From Eledone cirrhosa (lineage: Eukaryota), in NCBI GenBank assembly GCA_964016885.1, contig OZ024748.1, forward strand, positions 17,050,001 to 17,114,000: DNA of 64,000 nucleotides, read 5' to 3'. This document shows positions 13,442 through 25,805 of the stretch, piece after piece; the stretch's first letter is position 1; every line of letters begins with the position of its first letter. Position numbers and translations under genes: made by a program. Below the pieces are notes generated by a model. It searched no databases. It was not told where the DNA came from and saw only the letters and a list, made by a program, of their open reading frames with translations.

Positions 13442-14164
13442 ATGGTTTTCGATATTCGTGTTCTGATATTCAACTCATTTTTACAAACTTAACTTAACTT
13501 TGTCTTTGGACAAGAATTGAACCAAGAACTCTAGAACCTGAAGAGGTTGTCATTAAATACTAAATATTTGCAAGATGTCTCATCTACCACGCAACTATAT
13601 TTACCACTCAACTCGTCTATAATGAGTTGCTGAATTTAATGAATGACAATTAACTCGTAATATTAGAATTCGTTTCACTAATTAGTAAAACAAAATATAT
13701 TTTCACTTTAATGACTAGTACCATTTAGTGGCAGAGAGTCTTTGAGAGTTTCCTTGCAACATTATTTACTGCTCTGAAATATGAGTTTTATCCAATTAAT
13801 TTTGATATTATGTAAATTTTATACCAATTTAATTTTTCCTCATTTTTTTTAAAGCTTCCTTTGTAATTGAAATATGAATATATTATAGTATGAAAAAAAA
13901 ATTTCAATTTTAAATTAATATGGTATTTAAATGTTTAAAAAAAAAATGTTTCTTAATTCTCTGCTTGTATTAATATACCATTGACTAATGAATTATTCAC
14001 AGATGGTTTTGTGAATAATAATAATAATAATAATGATGTATGGTTGAGAGAAAATATGAAAATAAATAAAAAAATAATGTAGAAATATTTTTGAATTGGG
14101 TGAATGTATGTTTGATCTGAATAGTTTTTATGGTTTTCTTACTTTGTCTGTCTCTACCCACCTC

Positions 14165-14199
<35 letters not shown>

Positions 14200-14769
14200 C
14201 TCTCTCTCTCTCTCTGCCAGTTTATCTGACCCTCCTTCTTTCTCTGTCATCTGTCTCTCTCCCTCTCTCTCTGTCATCTGTCTCTCTCCCTCTCTCTCTG
14301 TCATTTGTCTCTCTTTCTCTCTCCCTCCCTCTCTCTGTCATCTCTCTCTGTCAGTTTGTATGTTTCTCTTTGCCAGTTTCACTCTCTTTCTATCAGTTTA
14401 TATGTATCTCTCTGCCAGTTTGTCTCTCTCTCCTCCCCTCTCCCTCTCTCCCCCTATCACTTCCATATATGGCAAACTTTCTAATTATTCATCATTGTAT
14501 TGTACAGTGCAATTGTAGATGAGTTTGGGAATGTATTTAGATGCACTTAATACCAATAGACTTAGTTCTCTGTGAAATTAGAAAGTGTGGTTAAATCCCA
14601 GGGCTTTATCTAATTAATAAGGGTCTCTAAATTTTAGGCACAAGACCAGCAAGTTGATAGGGGGTGGGCGGAGTAAATTAACTTCAGTATTTTTCTGATA
14701 CTTTAATATTTTCATGATCATATTTTAATGAAATACACTATTTCAATTCAGCACTATATCTCTCTATAT

Positions 14770-14892
14770 ATATTCTGATGAAGGACTAGTGTCCGATACG
14801 TTCAGAAACTCTTCCTGCTATTTCAAGCGTTAAACTAATATATTCCCCTCCATATACTGTACCGTTTGTGTTATTATTTCTGTTTACCTTTT
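14770..14892 (+). mobile_element. Penelope-like fragment with degenerate minimal hammerhead (family D)
   Basis: CTGATGA-A-GGAC-TAGT-GTCC-GATAC(GAAAC)GT; homologue at 56379. Confidence 0.5.
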
Positions 14893-14944
14893 AAGCACGC
14901 ATGCACGCATGTACACGTACACGCACACACACATATATATATAT

Positions 14945-15080
14945 AAATGGATGCAGTAAAAACATAGTTAGACCATTACTCACCAGAATACTCAATACTT
15001 GGGTTAGTAGAGTGTGGTAATATGAAAGAGTCATTGAAATGGTAAGAGCTCAGCCGTCGGGATCCCGACTCTTTCATATA
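14945..15080 (-). mobile_element. Family C short element with inverted end (degenerate)
   Basis: TACTCAATACTTGGG..AGTAGAGTG motif; ATATGAAAGAGTC / GACTCTTTCATAT inverted ends. Confidence 0.65.
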
Positions 15081-15087
15081 TGTGTGT

Positions 15088-15330
15088 CATCATCATCATC
15101 ATCATCGTTTAACATCTATCTTCCACGCTAGCATGGGTTAGACGGGAGTTGTCCCACTTGAGGCAAGCTTGGTCGGGTGACCATGTCCCACTCATATAAG
15201 ACTATCTGGCAGGTTTTCTACGGCTGGATGCCCTTCCTAACACCAACCACATTTACAGTGTGAAACTGGGAACTTTTTACCGTGTTACCCACACGACCAA
15301 AAAAGACTTTCCCAAGCGTGGAAACAGACC
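15088..15330 (-). mobile_element. 3' part of SINE with RTE-like tail (AACCCATGCTAGCGTGGAAG..GTTAAAC(GAT)n)
   Basis: GGTTGGTGTTAGGAAGGGCATCCAGC core; other copies at ~9475, 24165-24458, 28085-28340, 32905-33085, 39105-39270, 59590-59755. Confidence 0.8.
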
Positions 15331-16002
15331 GCGTGTGTGTGTAAAAGATAAATGCATATCTGTACATATACAAAATATATATATATATATATATGTTATT
15401 CCATTCCAACCACCTTTATAATTTGCTCTCCGTCCATCTCAAACTTGCTCTTTTAATTTCACTTTCTTTTTTTTTTCTTCTGTTTTCTTTTGCTTTTTCG
15501 GTGTATTTTTTCTTACCATTTTCTGTCACTTCTATAGAATTATAGTTCTCTATTTTCTTAGCACTAAGCTCTCTCCGAAGGTATTAAATCAGATCACAGT
15601 CAAGTGAAACTTTCTCTGCTTCCACTTTGCAAGTCTTTTAAAATGGCATCATTTTCAGAAAATCTATTTTACATAATCTTCTATATATATATATATATAT
15701 ATATAACACACATATATATGTATGTATATTTATATATATATATATAAAATACACACGCACATATATGTATGTGCAAATATATATATATATAACACGCACA
15801 TATATATAGATGTGTGAATTTTTTAGATTTGACTTTATTTTATTTATTTTCAGGTGTGTTTTATTTATTTTTATCTTTGGTGCTTTGTGAGTGTGTGTTA
15901 GTGTGTGTTTGTGTGTGTTTGTGTGTGTGAGTGCATGTTGATATGTTTCTCGGTGTGAATGTGTGTGTGTGCATAACATTTGATTTCTTTGTTTTTAATG
16001 TA

Positions 16003-16035
<33 letters not shown>

Positions 16036-16241
16036 GGGTGTGTATGTATATGAATACGTGTGTGTGTATGCATGTGTATATATGTGATGTGTATGGGTTT
16101 TTATGTATAAATATATATGTATGTACACATATATGTACATATATAATTAAAAAGGATATACAACATATACATATATATATTCATGTGTGTATATATATAT
16201 ACATATATATATATACATATATATATATACGTATATATAAT

Positions 16242-16272
<31 letters not shown>

Positions 16273-16968
16273 AATCTAAAATTATATATATATATATACA
16301 CACATATACATAAGCATGATTTATATTTTTTTTTTTTTATTTTTTTTTTTTTTTACATTTCAAATAATCAATTTGTGATACTTAAGAAATTCTTGTGCAA
16401 TTTATTTAAATTTTTTTATACTCTTTGAAATTTCAATCTTTACTTTAAGTTCAGAATGACTTCAATGGTTATTCAAACAACTCCGTCAGCAGTTTCCACT
16501 TGGGCATGTCTGAAAGCTAATAAAATGAGAATTGGTAACAATGGCGCTGATTTCAAAGCAGGACAGATTCACTGGATGTGCACAAATAACTTTTTCAAGA
16601 GAATGACGACCTAAGCAAACACAAAGACACACAGACGCTCATGTATATATATATATATATGTTTGTGTGTGTGTATTTATATTTACATGTATGTGTGTGT
16701 GTGAGTATGTATGTATGAGTATATATGTGTATATGTATGTATATATATGTATATATGTGTATGTATGTGTATATGTATGTATATGTATGTATTTGTATAT
16801 ATATATATATATATATGTATGTATGCGCATATATATGTATATATTTGTATATATATATATATGCGTGTCTATGTATGTATGCATATATATATATATGTAT
16901 ATGTGTATGTATATATTTGTAAATCTATCTGTGTGTATATATGTGTGTATGTATGTGATATGTATGAT

Positions 16969-16999
<31 letters not shown>

Positions 17000-17026
17000 G
17001 TGTGTGTATATGTGTGTGTGCGTGTG

Positions 17027-17071
<45 letters not shown>

Positions 17072-17823
17072 GTATATGTGTATATCTATTCATATATGTG
17101 CGTCTGTATGTATATCTACCATTATCATCGTTTGACGTTGATGATGGTGATATACATACAGAGGCACATATATAAATAGATATACATACATACATATCTA
17201 GATATATACATTGCCACACACACACATATGTGTTTGTATGTACATATATGTATGTCTGTGTGTATGTATACATATGTTAGTGTATGTGCGTATATATATA
17301 TTTGTGGGTGGTGTATGTTTGTGTTTAGTTTCTTTTTAATAGAGAAGCAAAACATGATTAGGAAACTATAATTAAATGATGGGAATATCTCGAAAACAAC
17401 ACAACTGGTACTAGAGAGAAAGAGGGAGATAGTGAGAGGTAGATATAATAGCAGAGAGAGGGGGGGGGGATACTAAGAGATAGATAGAAATACTGGCAGT
17501 GGGAGAGAGAGAGAGAGAATCAGAGAGAAGGAAATATATATGGATATATATAATAGAGAGAGGGGGTTAGTGAAGGCAGACATAGTGAAAAGGGGGAAAT
17601 ACTGATGGGGGAGAGAAAGATAATGACAGAAAGAGTAAAGGAGAGAAAGAGAGGTAGGTAGGTGAAGGTAGATATGAAAGAGAGAGAGAGAGATTGTGAT
17701 AAAGACAGATAGTATGAGAAAGAAAGAATGATTGGCTGAAAGAAACAGATATATATATATATATTACGTTTGAGTTGTGACACGTGTTTCACAATTGATC
17801 AGCTCAAGGGTCGATCTGTATCG

Positions 17824-17877
<54 letters not shown>

Positions 17878-18370
17878 TAAGATAGTAATATGGTCGTAAA
17901 CAAGAAGAGAAGAAACCCTTCATCAGCTGTTAACTGCGATGTTTCGGCACTTAAAACAGGACATTGAAATCGATCAGCAGCGCGCCCAAGGCCTTTTATC
18001 AATTAAAAGGCCTTGAGGGAAAGAAAAGAAAAAATAGTGAGGAGAGAGGAAGAAAGAGGGAAAAACGAAGCAAACAAACCGAATGGAGGGGGGGGGGCAG
18101 GACAATGCCACATGCAAGCGAGTAACCGAGGAGAAAATAGAATAAGTTACAATGAAACAATTAGACTTGAGTTTGGTGGTCAAATAACTGCAGAGCGATG
18201 TTTCTCTGCAATCTCAGCAAAGTGAGTGCAGAGAGAGAGGGAGAGACGGCGGAGAAACCGGAAGTGAGAGGGAGAAGGGAAAGGGAGACAATCCAAAAGG
18301 GCTCTACGACATGGTTGAAACACGGTCGAAAACGATCCGATGGATAGAGAATATATATATATGTATTTAA

Positions 18371-18600
18371 TTTGAAAGTGAACAACACAATATATAACTA
18401 ATCCATTACCAAAGGTTTCAGGACCCTAGACAATATTAACATATGTCTGGATCATTCATCAGACAGAGATGTTATGAATAGAAAATATGAAATGAGATTT
18501 AAAATCTGTTAAACATTGGAAGTGAGGCTGGAAAAATAACGGAAAATATACATAGAGCACTCTTTTTTCCTTTGCTTTTTCTTCGGAATTACCTAACATA
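18371..18600. mobile_element. Family B short element: inverted hammerhead segment (18402-18467, minus) joined to plus-strand 3' end
   Basis: TCTGT-CTGATGA-[ATGATCCAGACATAT..ATATTGTCTAGGGTCCT]-GAA-ACCTTTGGT-A-ATGGA; 3' end CATAGAGCACTCTTTTTTCC..CGGAATTACCTAAC. Confidence 0.75.
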
Positions 18601-18612
18601 TATATATATATA

Positions 18613-19810
18613 TCATTATCATCATTTTATGTCTGCTATTCCTGCTTGCAAGGGTGGGATGGGTCTTATTCAGCACAGCATCTCTCCACTTGTCACGGTC
18701 CTTCGTCATCTCCACCGTGAGCTTCAGCGATCTGAGGTCTGTTCTCACCACCTCCGCCCATGTTTTTCGTGGTCTACCTCTACCACGTCTTCCTTCAACT
18801 GGTATTTCCTGGCACTTCTTCACCCATCGGTCAACCTCCATGCGCATCACATGTCCATACCACCTCAGTCTCCTCTCCTCTCCTGTACACTACATTCTAT
18901 CCCTCTCAGACACAGTTTCTCTCTCAACACATTCATGCTGGGTCGTTCACACACATTTACACTGCACATCTCCAGCCGTCGCATATCCTCTGCGGTTGCT
19001 GCCCATGTCTCACTACCATGCAGCATCGCGCTCCTCACACAGGCATCATATAACCGGCCTTTCGTACGCAGGGAGAAACCCTTCTTCATCAGCAGAGGAA
19101 GCAGCTCCCTAAACTTCTTCCAACCCGTCCTTATTCTAGATACTATGGCCTCGGAACACCCCCCCCCCGCCTCCCATGCTAATCTGATCTCCTAGGTACC
19201 GGAAGCTATCCACCACTTCTATAGCACCCGCCTGCATTTGAAAAATGTGTCTATAAATGCGACTTCTATTGTCTAATTTCCCTGTACATCTACTGCATAC
19301 GTATTTCTCCCTACCTGTTAGTTTGCCTGCTATCCCGCTACATCTCTTGTGTACCCAGGATCTGCTTGTGTGCATTTTATAGAATTTATGCCAGTTCCTT
19401 TTCTGCATATCGAACATGCCCATTTCCCTGACGGAATCAGGGTTTTGTCCTCTTTTCTACTCATCAACACTTTTGTCTTAGCTAGGTTCACTCTCAGTCC
19501 TCTTAATTCCAACTGCTGTTTCCATAGCCAGAATTTATTCTCTAGCTCCTCTACTGATTCTGCTATAAGAGCCAGATCGTCAGCATAGAGAAGTTCCCAT
19601 GGACAGCCAGTCTTAAACTCCCCTGTTATGGCTTGGAGGACTATAATGAACAAGAGCGGGCTGAGGACCGAACCTTGATGTACCCCTACTTGTATCTGGA
19701 ATTCTTCACTAAACACCATTCCTACCCTGACTTTACTGACAGCACCTCAGTACAAAGTTTGCACTGTCCTCACAAGCCATTCCTCAACACCTAGTGTCCT
19801 TGGGGACCAC
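18613..19810 (-). mobile_element. RTE-clade LINE 3' fragment (RT C-half, Cys-rich insert, tail), frameshifted
   Basis: GVHQGSVLSPLLF, LLYADDLAL, GLRVNLAKTK, FRYLGD, MLHGSETW, RGRPRKTW; ends in (TGA)n tail. Confidence 0.92.
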
Positions 19811-19818
19811 CTAATATA

Positions 19819-19998
19819 TATATTAACAATATTAATAAATGGAAAATATCTTTATAATACCATATTGTAAAGATATTTTCCATTTATTAATATTGTTAAT
19901 ATTAATAATACTGCAGATAAATCTTGTCGAGTGCTTCAAATCTGTTATAAAATTAACTTTGTTGAATGATAATCAACAAACCATATAACTCATTGTTT
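19819..19998 (+). mobile_element. Family A-related 3' end with terminal hairpin (~19819-19902)
   Basis: ATATTAACAATATTAATAAATGGAAAATATCTTTA and its reverse complement; TTGTCGAGTGCTT motif shared with 24483 and 36339 copies. Confidence 0.65.
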
Positions 19999-20420
19999 AT
20001 ATATATATATATATATAATGTATATAGGGCTAGCTAAAGACAGATAGTTTAAGAAAAAACGGAAGAGTGAATTAGAAAGAATGAGGGAGAGAGACAGGAG
20101 AAAAGGATAGTGGTAACGAGGAATAGTATGAGAGAGGGGGAGTTGGGGTAAATAGAGAATAATAATAAACATGTGTGTGTGAGAGAGAGAGAGGGGAGAG
20201 AATCAGAGAGAGACTTGAAGAGAAAGATAGTTATAAAGAGAGATAGTGTGAAACATATAGAGAGGGAGAGAGCCAGGGATAAATAGAGATACTAATAATC
20301 TGTATGAGAGAGAGAGAGAGATGGAGAGAGAACCAGAGGTAAATAGAAATACTAATAAACTGTATAATAGTGAAAGAGTGAGAGAAAGATTGAGGAAGAC
20401 AGAGTAAGGATATTTCCAGA

Positions 20421-20609
20421 TAATTGTTTCTAATTTTGGCACAAGGCCAGCAATAACCCAGTACATTACTGGTACTTTATTTTATCGACCCCGTAAGGAT
20501 GAAAGGCAAAATTAACCTCGATGGGATTTGAACTCAGACCGTAAAGAAACATAACTATGCTAGAAAGCATAGCGTCCAGCCCTATACCGATACTGCCAAT
20601 GCACCGCCC
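20421..20609 (-). mobile_element. SINE family 2
   Basis: Full-length reverse complement. Confidence 0.88.
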
Positions 20610-21027
20610 TTATAAAATTTCAAGATAATGAGACACAGTGAGTGAAAGAGTGAGAGGTGGAGGTAAATATAGACACTAATAAAGAGAGAGGTTGAGAGAG
20701 ATGGGAAAGAGAGAGAAAGGGATGGAGACGGAGAGAGAGAGTCATAGAGAGAGAGAGAGAGAGATTGAGAAAGCAAGAAGGAAAGCGAGAGAGAGACTAT
20801 GGATATTTCCAGCAGGATATAAGGTCATGTGGAACTATTATTCACTGAGTATTTTCTATGGAAGTTAGGAATTGATCAGTGACAAAAGATCCATAAGAAA
20901 AGAAGAACAATAAATGAAATATCAAGGAAAAAAAGAAGACATTTAAAATATATTGTGTTACTACAAATTAGTTTAAAGAATGCCATTACAGCTGAAGTGT
21001 GTGTGTGTATATATGCATATATATATG

Positions 21028-21218
21028 TGGAGGCACATTGGCCTTGCAATCAAAAGGTTGTGTGTTCAATTCTCAGACCGGGTTATGTGTTGTTTCCTTG
21101 AGCAAGACACTTTATTTCACACTGCTCCAGTTTACTCAGCTGTAGAAATCAAGCCAGAATCAGTTCCCGTCCCACCCTTGCAAGCAGGGAAAAGCGGACG
21201 TAAAAATGAAATGAATGA
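21028..21218 (+). mobile_element. SINE family 1 with internal deletion
   Basis: Head joined to tail at the repeated CAGCTGTAGAAAT. Confidence 0.85.
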
Positions 21219-21247
21219 TATGTATATATGCATATATGTATATATGC

Positions 21248-21280
<33 letters not shown>

Positions 21281-21288
21281 TGTATATA

Positions 21289-21327
<39 letters not shown>

Positions 21328-21582
21328 GCATATGTATATATATATGTATATATGTATATATATATATATATATATGTATATATGCATATATATATATATA
21401 TGTATATATATACATAATGTGTGTCTGTAGGTATGTAAGCATGCACACACATATATATATGCATATATATATGGATATATATATGTATATATGTATGTTT
21501 ATATATACATAATGAGTGTCTGTAGGACACACACACACATATATATATATGTATATATATATGTGTGTATATATATGCAAGC

Positions 21583-21615
<33 letters not shown>

Positions 21616-21857
21616 ACTATATATATATATATATGGAGGTGGTAGTGATGTTGGTTGTTGTGTATTTGGTTAAATTCCTTCATGGTATGTTGACCAGAAT
21701 CAAATTTACAAATCAGGTCTCTGATTTGATAAAATTTATATGTCAAATACTATGGTTGATTGAATCAACTACTTCATACGCATACACACTCTTTAATACA
21801 TCCCATATACACTCCTCTATACAAAAAAACCTCTTCTATATGCACACGGAAATCTCT

Positions 21858-21908
<51 letters not shown>

Positions 21909-22574
21909 TACACAGGCACACATATACATGCTCCTCTTTATACACACGCTCTTCTAAACACACACATGCACGTTCTTCTTTACACACACACACCCTCATC
22001 TAGACACACACACTCTTCTAGACACACACACACAAACACACTCTTCTAGACACACACACACAAACACACTCTTCTAGACACACACACACAAACACACTCT
22101 TCTAGACACACACACACACACAAACGCACTCTTCTAGACACACACACAAACACACTCTTCTAGATACACAAACACATACTCTTCTAGAAACACACACACT
22201 CTTCTATGTACACATGCACACATGCACATTCTTTACACATGCACACACGCACACACACACCCTCATCTATATATACACACACACACACAGTCTCCTCTAT
22301 ACACACATACACAGCCACACATCAAAATGTGTTGTCTTGAACCTATTATGTAAGAAACTGCCATTATATTTGTGTGCTGTAGATGGCAGAATCAATATGG
22401 CACAGGGCAAAGTGCTTTGAAGATTTCAACAAATCTTAGCTAAGCTAAAAGTGTGCGAACAACGAAGCTTAGATGAGATTAGAGGAAAGCTGACTACACG
22501 AGGAATAAAATGCTGTGGAGTTTCACCTACGTCTTTTCTGCATATTTAGCACGGCCATTTCTCTGAAGGTGCGA

Positions 22575-23075
22575 CTTATGATCATAATGTCATGGGTGTG
22601 ATTGTGTGTTGTGTTCTTGAGCAAAACATTACATGTCACTCAAGTGGTTGAGTTGTTTGATTTATGATCATAATGTCATGGGGTTGATTCCAAGACTGGG
22701 TTGTGTGTTGTGTTCTTGAGCAAAACATTACATTTCACATCACTCTAGGGGGTTAAATTGTTGGACTTATGATAATAATGTGAGGGGTTCAATTCCAAGA
22801 CTGGGTTGTGTGTTGTGTTCTTGAGCAAAACATTACATTTCACATCACTCTAGGGGGTTAAATTGTTGGACTTATGATAATAATGTGAGGGGTTCAATTC
22901 CAAGACTGGGTTGTGTGTTGTGTTCTTGAGCAAAACATTACATTTCACATTACTCTAGGGGTTAAGTTGTTGGACTTATGATAATAATGTGAGGAGTTCA
23001 ATTCCAAGACTGGGTTGTGTGTTGTGTTCTTGAGCAAAACATTTCATTTCATGTTGCTCCAGTATACTCAGCTGA
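22575..23075 (+). repeat. ~4.5 tandem copies of a 105-bp SINE-head-derived unit
   Basis: CACTCTAGGG-like at 22741, 22846, 22951; complete units contain GGTTCAATTCC-type B box and TTCTTGAGCAAAACA. Confidence 0.85.
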
Positions 23076-23424
23076 AAATCTGAATACAAAAGTAAAAAAT
23101 TGCAGTAGAGTTACTACCTACTTCTTTTCTGCATATTTAGCACGGTCATTTACCTGTAGGCCCGTGGCGTAGTGGTAGGGGTGTTGGACTTGAGCAACAC
23201 ACTTGATATTTTTATTTTATATATGTAAATTTTCAGTACACAATGACTGATTTCAGTGTATGACAGCCCTGTGAGTACACTGGAGAAACTCCAGTGTAAC
23301 AGAGTACAAGCTTGACTTAATAATATATATATATATACCAACATAACTTTACATAGAACGGGGTGGTGTGGATGGGGTGGGGGTGGTGGCGGGACGGGGT
23401 GTATTTTGTTAGAGATGCCTACTG

Positions 23425-24165
23425 GCAAGGCGGGTCTTCTCTGTTACTGAGTACCGCCAAAGGTCTCGGTCCAGTGACATTGTCTTGGAGAGGTGTAGGT
23501 GTGTGAGGTCGGAGTTTATCAGCTCATCCCAGGTTTTTCTAGGTCTGCCTATTCCGTGGCTACCGTCTATCTTTATTGCCCTGCACTTTGTTATACAGCT
23601 ATCGACTTTCATGCGCATCACGTGTCCATACCAACGCAGCCTTCTCTCGAGTAAACAACATCTGATCCCTCTTATCTCTAATTTTTTCCTTAGTTCGTTT
23701 ATGCTTTGCCGTTCACGTATATTACTGTTACACATCCAGCGGAGCATGCAAGCTTCGTTCCTCTCTAGTCTGCGTATATCCTCTGCACACAATGCCCAGG
23801 TCTCACTGCCATGCAACATTGCTGTTCGTATGCAGGCATCGTACAACCTGCCTTTCATTTTTAGGGAGAACCCTTTAGCAGCTAATAGTGGTATAAGCTC
23901 TCTGAACTTTTTCCAACCAGTTCTGACTCTAGCTACAGTACTTTCAGAGCACCCTCCCCCACTGCTGATTTTATCGCCCAGGTAACGGAAGCTGTCCACT
24001 ATTTCTATAGAACCCTCTGCGCAATTGAAAGAGCTAGTATTTTGTGGGCACTTGCTGCTACTTATTGCACCAGATCACCGGCCACATGTAAAATCTATGT
24101 TCTTAGTTAGCTTACCTGTGATCCCACTACATCTTTTATGCACCCATACTTTGCATTTAGGACAT
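23425..24165 (-). mobile_element. RTE-clade LINE 3' fragment (second subfamily)
   Basis: CKVWVHKRCSGI..CGR, FRYLGDKISSGGG, RRLRWYGHVMR, GRPRKTW. Confidence 0.9.
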
Positions 24166-24428
24166 AAAATGGAGTACCAGGCCGAAACAAATGAGATCGT
24201 GTAGGTGTCACGACAAAAAAACACACAGTCCACGCTGTAATGTGGCCGTGTAGGCAACACGGTAAAAACCTCCCAGACCCACACTGTAAATGTGGTTGGT
24301 GTTAGGAAGGGCATCCAACTGTAGAAAACCTGCCAGACAGTCCTATGCAAGCAAGACAATCACTCTTGCCTCAAGTGGGACTACCCCCGTCCAAACCCAT
24401 GCAAGCGTGGAACACGGACGTTAAACGT

Positions 24429-24459
<31 letters not shown>

Positions 24460-24613
24460 ATATATATATATATATATATATGCAAAAGTTTTATTTAAAA
24501 TTGTTGGGTTACAACAAGTAAATATTTTATAACTGATATAAAGCACTCGACAAGTTTTTGGAGTAGATATACGATATTAAACAAATGGAAACTATATTTA
24601 TAAAACCATATTT

Positions 24614-24677
24614 ATTTCATTATACATATTTCAGGGATACCATATTAAAAATATGGCATGCCTTCGTCAGATAAAAT
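24614..24677 (-). ncRNA. Type-I hammerhead ribozyme motif
   Basis: ATTTTAT-CTGACGA-AGGCATGCCATAT-TTTTA-ATATGGTATCCCT-GAA-ATATGTAT-A-ATGAAAT. Confidence 0.8.
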
Positions 24678-24773
24678 ACAATATATAAACAGTTTTATAA
24701 ATAATTTTGACGTACCATATTATAAGCGACCATTATATTATGAAAATTATTTATAAAACTGTTTATATATTGT

Positions 24774-24837
24774 ATTTTATCTGACGAAGGCATGCCATAT
24801 TTTTAATATGGTATCCCTGAAATACGTATAATGAAAT
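24774..24837 (+). ncRNA. Type-I hammerhead ribozyme motif; predicted cleavage after 24830
   Basis: Intact core CUGACGA/GAAA/UA, 13-bp stem II with one mismatch, palindromic stem III AUACGUAU, 7-bp stem I. Confidence 0.82.
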
Positions 24838-25173
24838 AAATATGGTTTTATAAATATAGTTTCCATTTGTTTAATATCGTATAGATATATATATATATAT
24901 GTGTGTGTGGTTAGAGCATTGGCCTTGCAATCAAAAGGTTGTGAGTTCAATTCTCAGACTGGGTGATGTATTGTTTCCTTGAGCAAGTTACTTTATTTCA
25001 CATTGTTGCAAATATAGGCGTTTGTTTATGTGACAATGCATATATTTATCCTTATATACATATATATGTGTGTGTGTTTATAAATATATATATATATATG
25101 ATCATGTGTGTTTATGGGGCAACACATATTTAACATTCTCTTCTCTCTCTGTATACATACATTATATATATAG

Positions 25174-25518
25174 AGAGGCACATGGCTTAGTGGTTAGAGC
25201 ATTGGCCTTGCAATCGAAAGGTTGTGAGTTCAATTCTCAGACCGGGTGATGTGTTGTTTCCTTGAGCAAGACACTTTATTTCACATTGCTCCAAGTTTAC
25301 TCAGCTGTAGAAATGAGATGATAGGGACTGGGGTCCCTATCATTCCACTGCAAAGTGGTCGTGGAGGTGCCACGGGAAAAAAAAAAAGCACCCAGCACTC
25401 ACTGTAAATGAGGTTGGTGTTAGGAAGGGAATCCAGCTGTAGAAATCAAGCCAGCATCAGTTCCCGTCTCACCCTTGCAAGCAGGGAAAAGCGGACGAAA
25501 AATGATGATGATGATGAT
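25174..25518 (+). mobile_element. SINE family 1, full length
   Basis: As 8854-9202; partial head also at 24908-25006. Confidence 0.9.
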
Positions 25519-25639
25519 ATAGTTGTTGTATGGTTGCAATAAATGCGTCCGTAGGCGGTATATGTATGTAGGGTCCCATAACTCCTGATAGAGTTGTAGG
25601 GACGCAGTATTGACATATGGCATTACTTGGACATTTCAA

Positions 25640-25805
25640 GAGTTGTACGTGTATTTCAAAGAATTGGCCCTGTCATATATTGTGTCACACTGAATCTTGC
25701 TGAGAGTTAAATTAAAGGTACACGTGTCTGTGAAATGCTTAGCCACTTACATGTCAGTTTCATTTCTTGAGTAGGATGTTCTGTTGTTTAAACAACTGGA
25801 ACAGT
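25640..25805 (+). mobile_element. Degenerate SINE fragment (family 4)
   Basis: AAAGGTACACGTGTCTGTG..GCTTAGCCACTT; relatives at 55520-55610 (minus) and 55850-56180. Confidence 0.6.

Larger units (their letters stand above)
24483..24883 (-). mobile_element. Family A fold-back element with hammerheads on both strands
   Basis: Arms 24568-24708 / 24743-24883; unpaired 3' extension 24483-24567; (TA)n on both sides. Confidence 0.85.

Noticed and set aside
16444-16610. Possible minus-strand exon (TTTGCTTAG acceptor, GTAAAG donor)
   Set aside because: Stops in all three frames, weak donor, no partner exons; could be UTR or lncRNA but unsupported without RNA data
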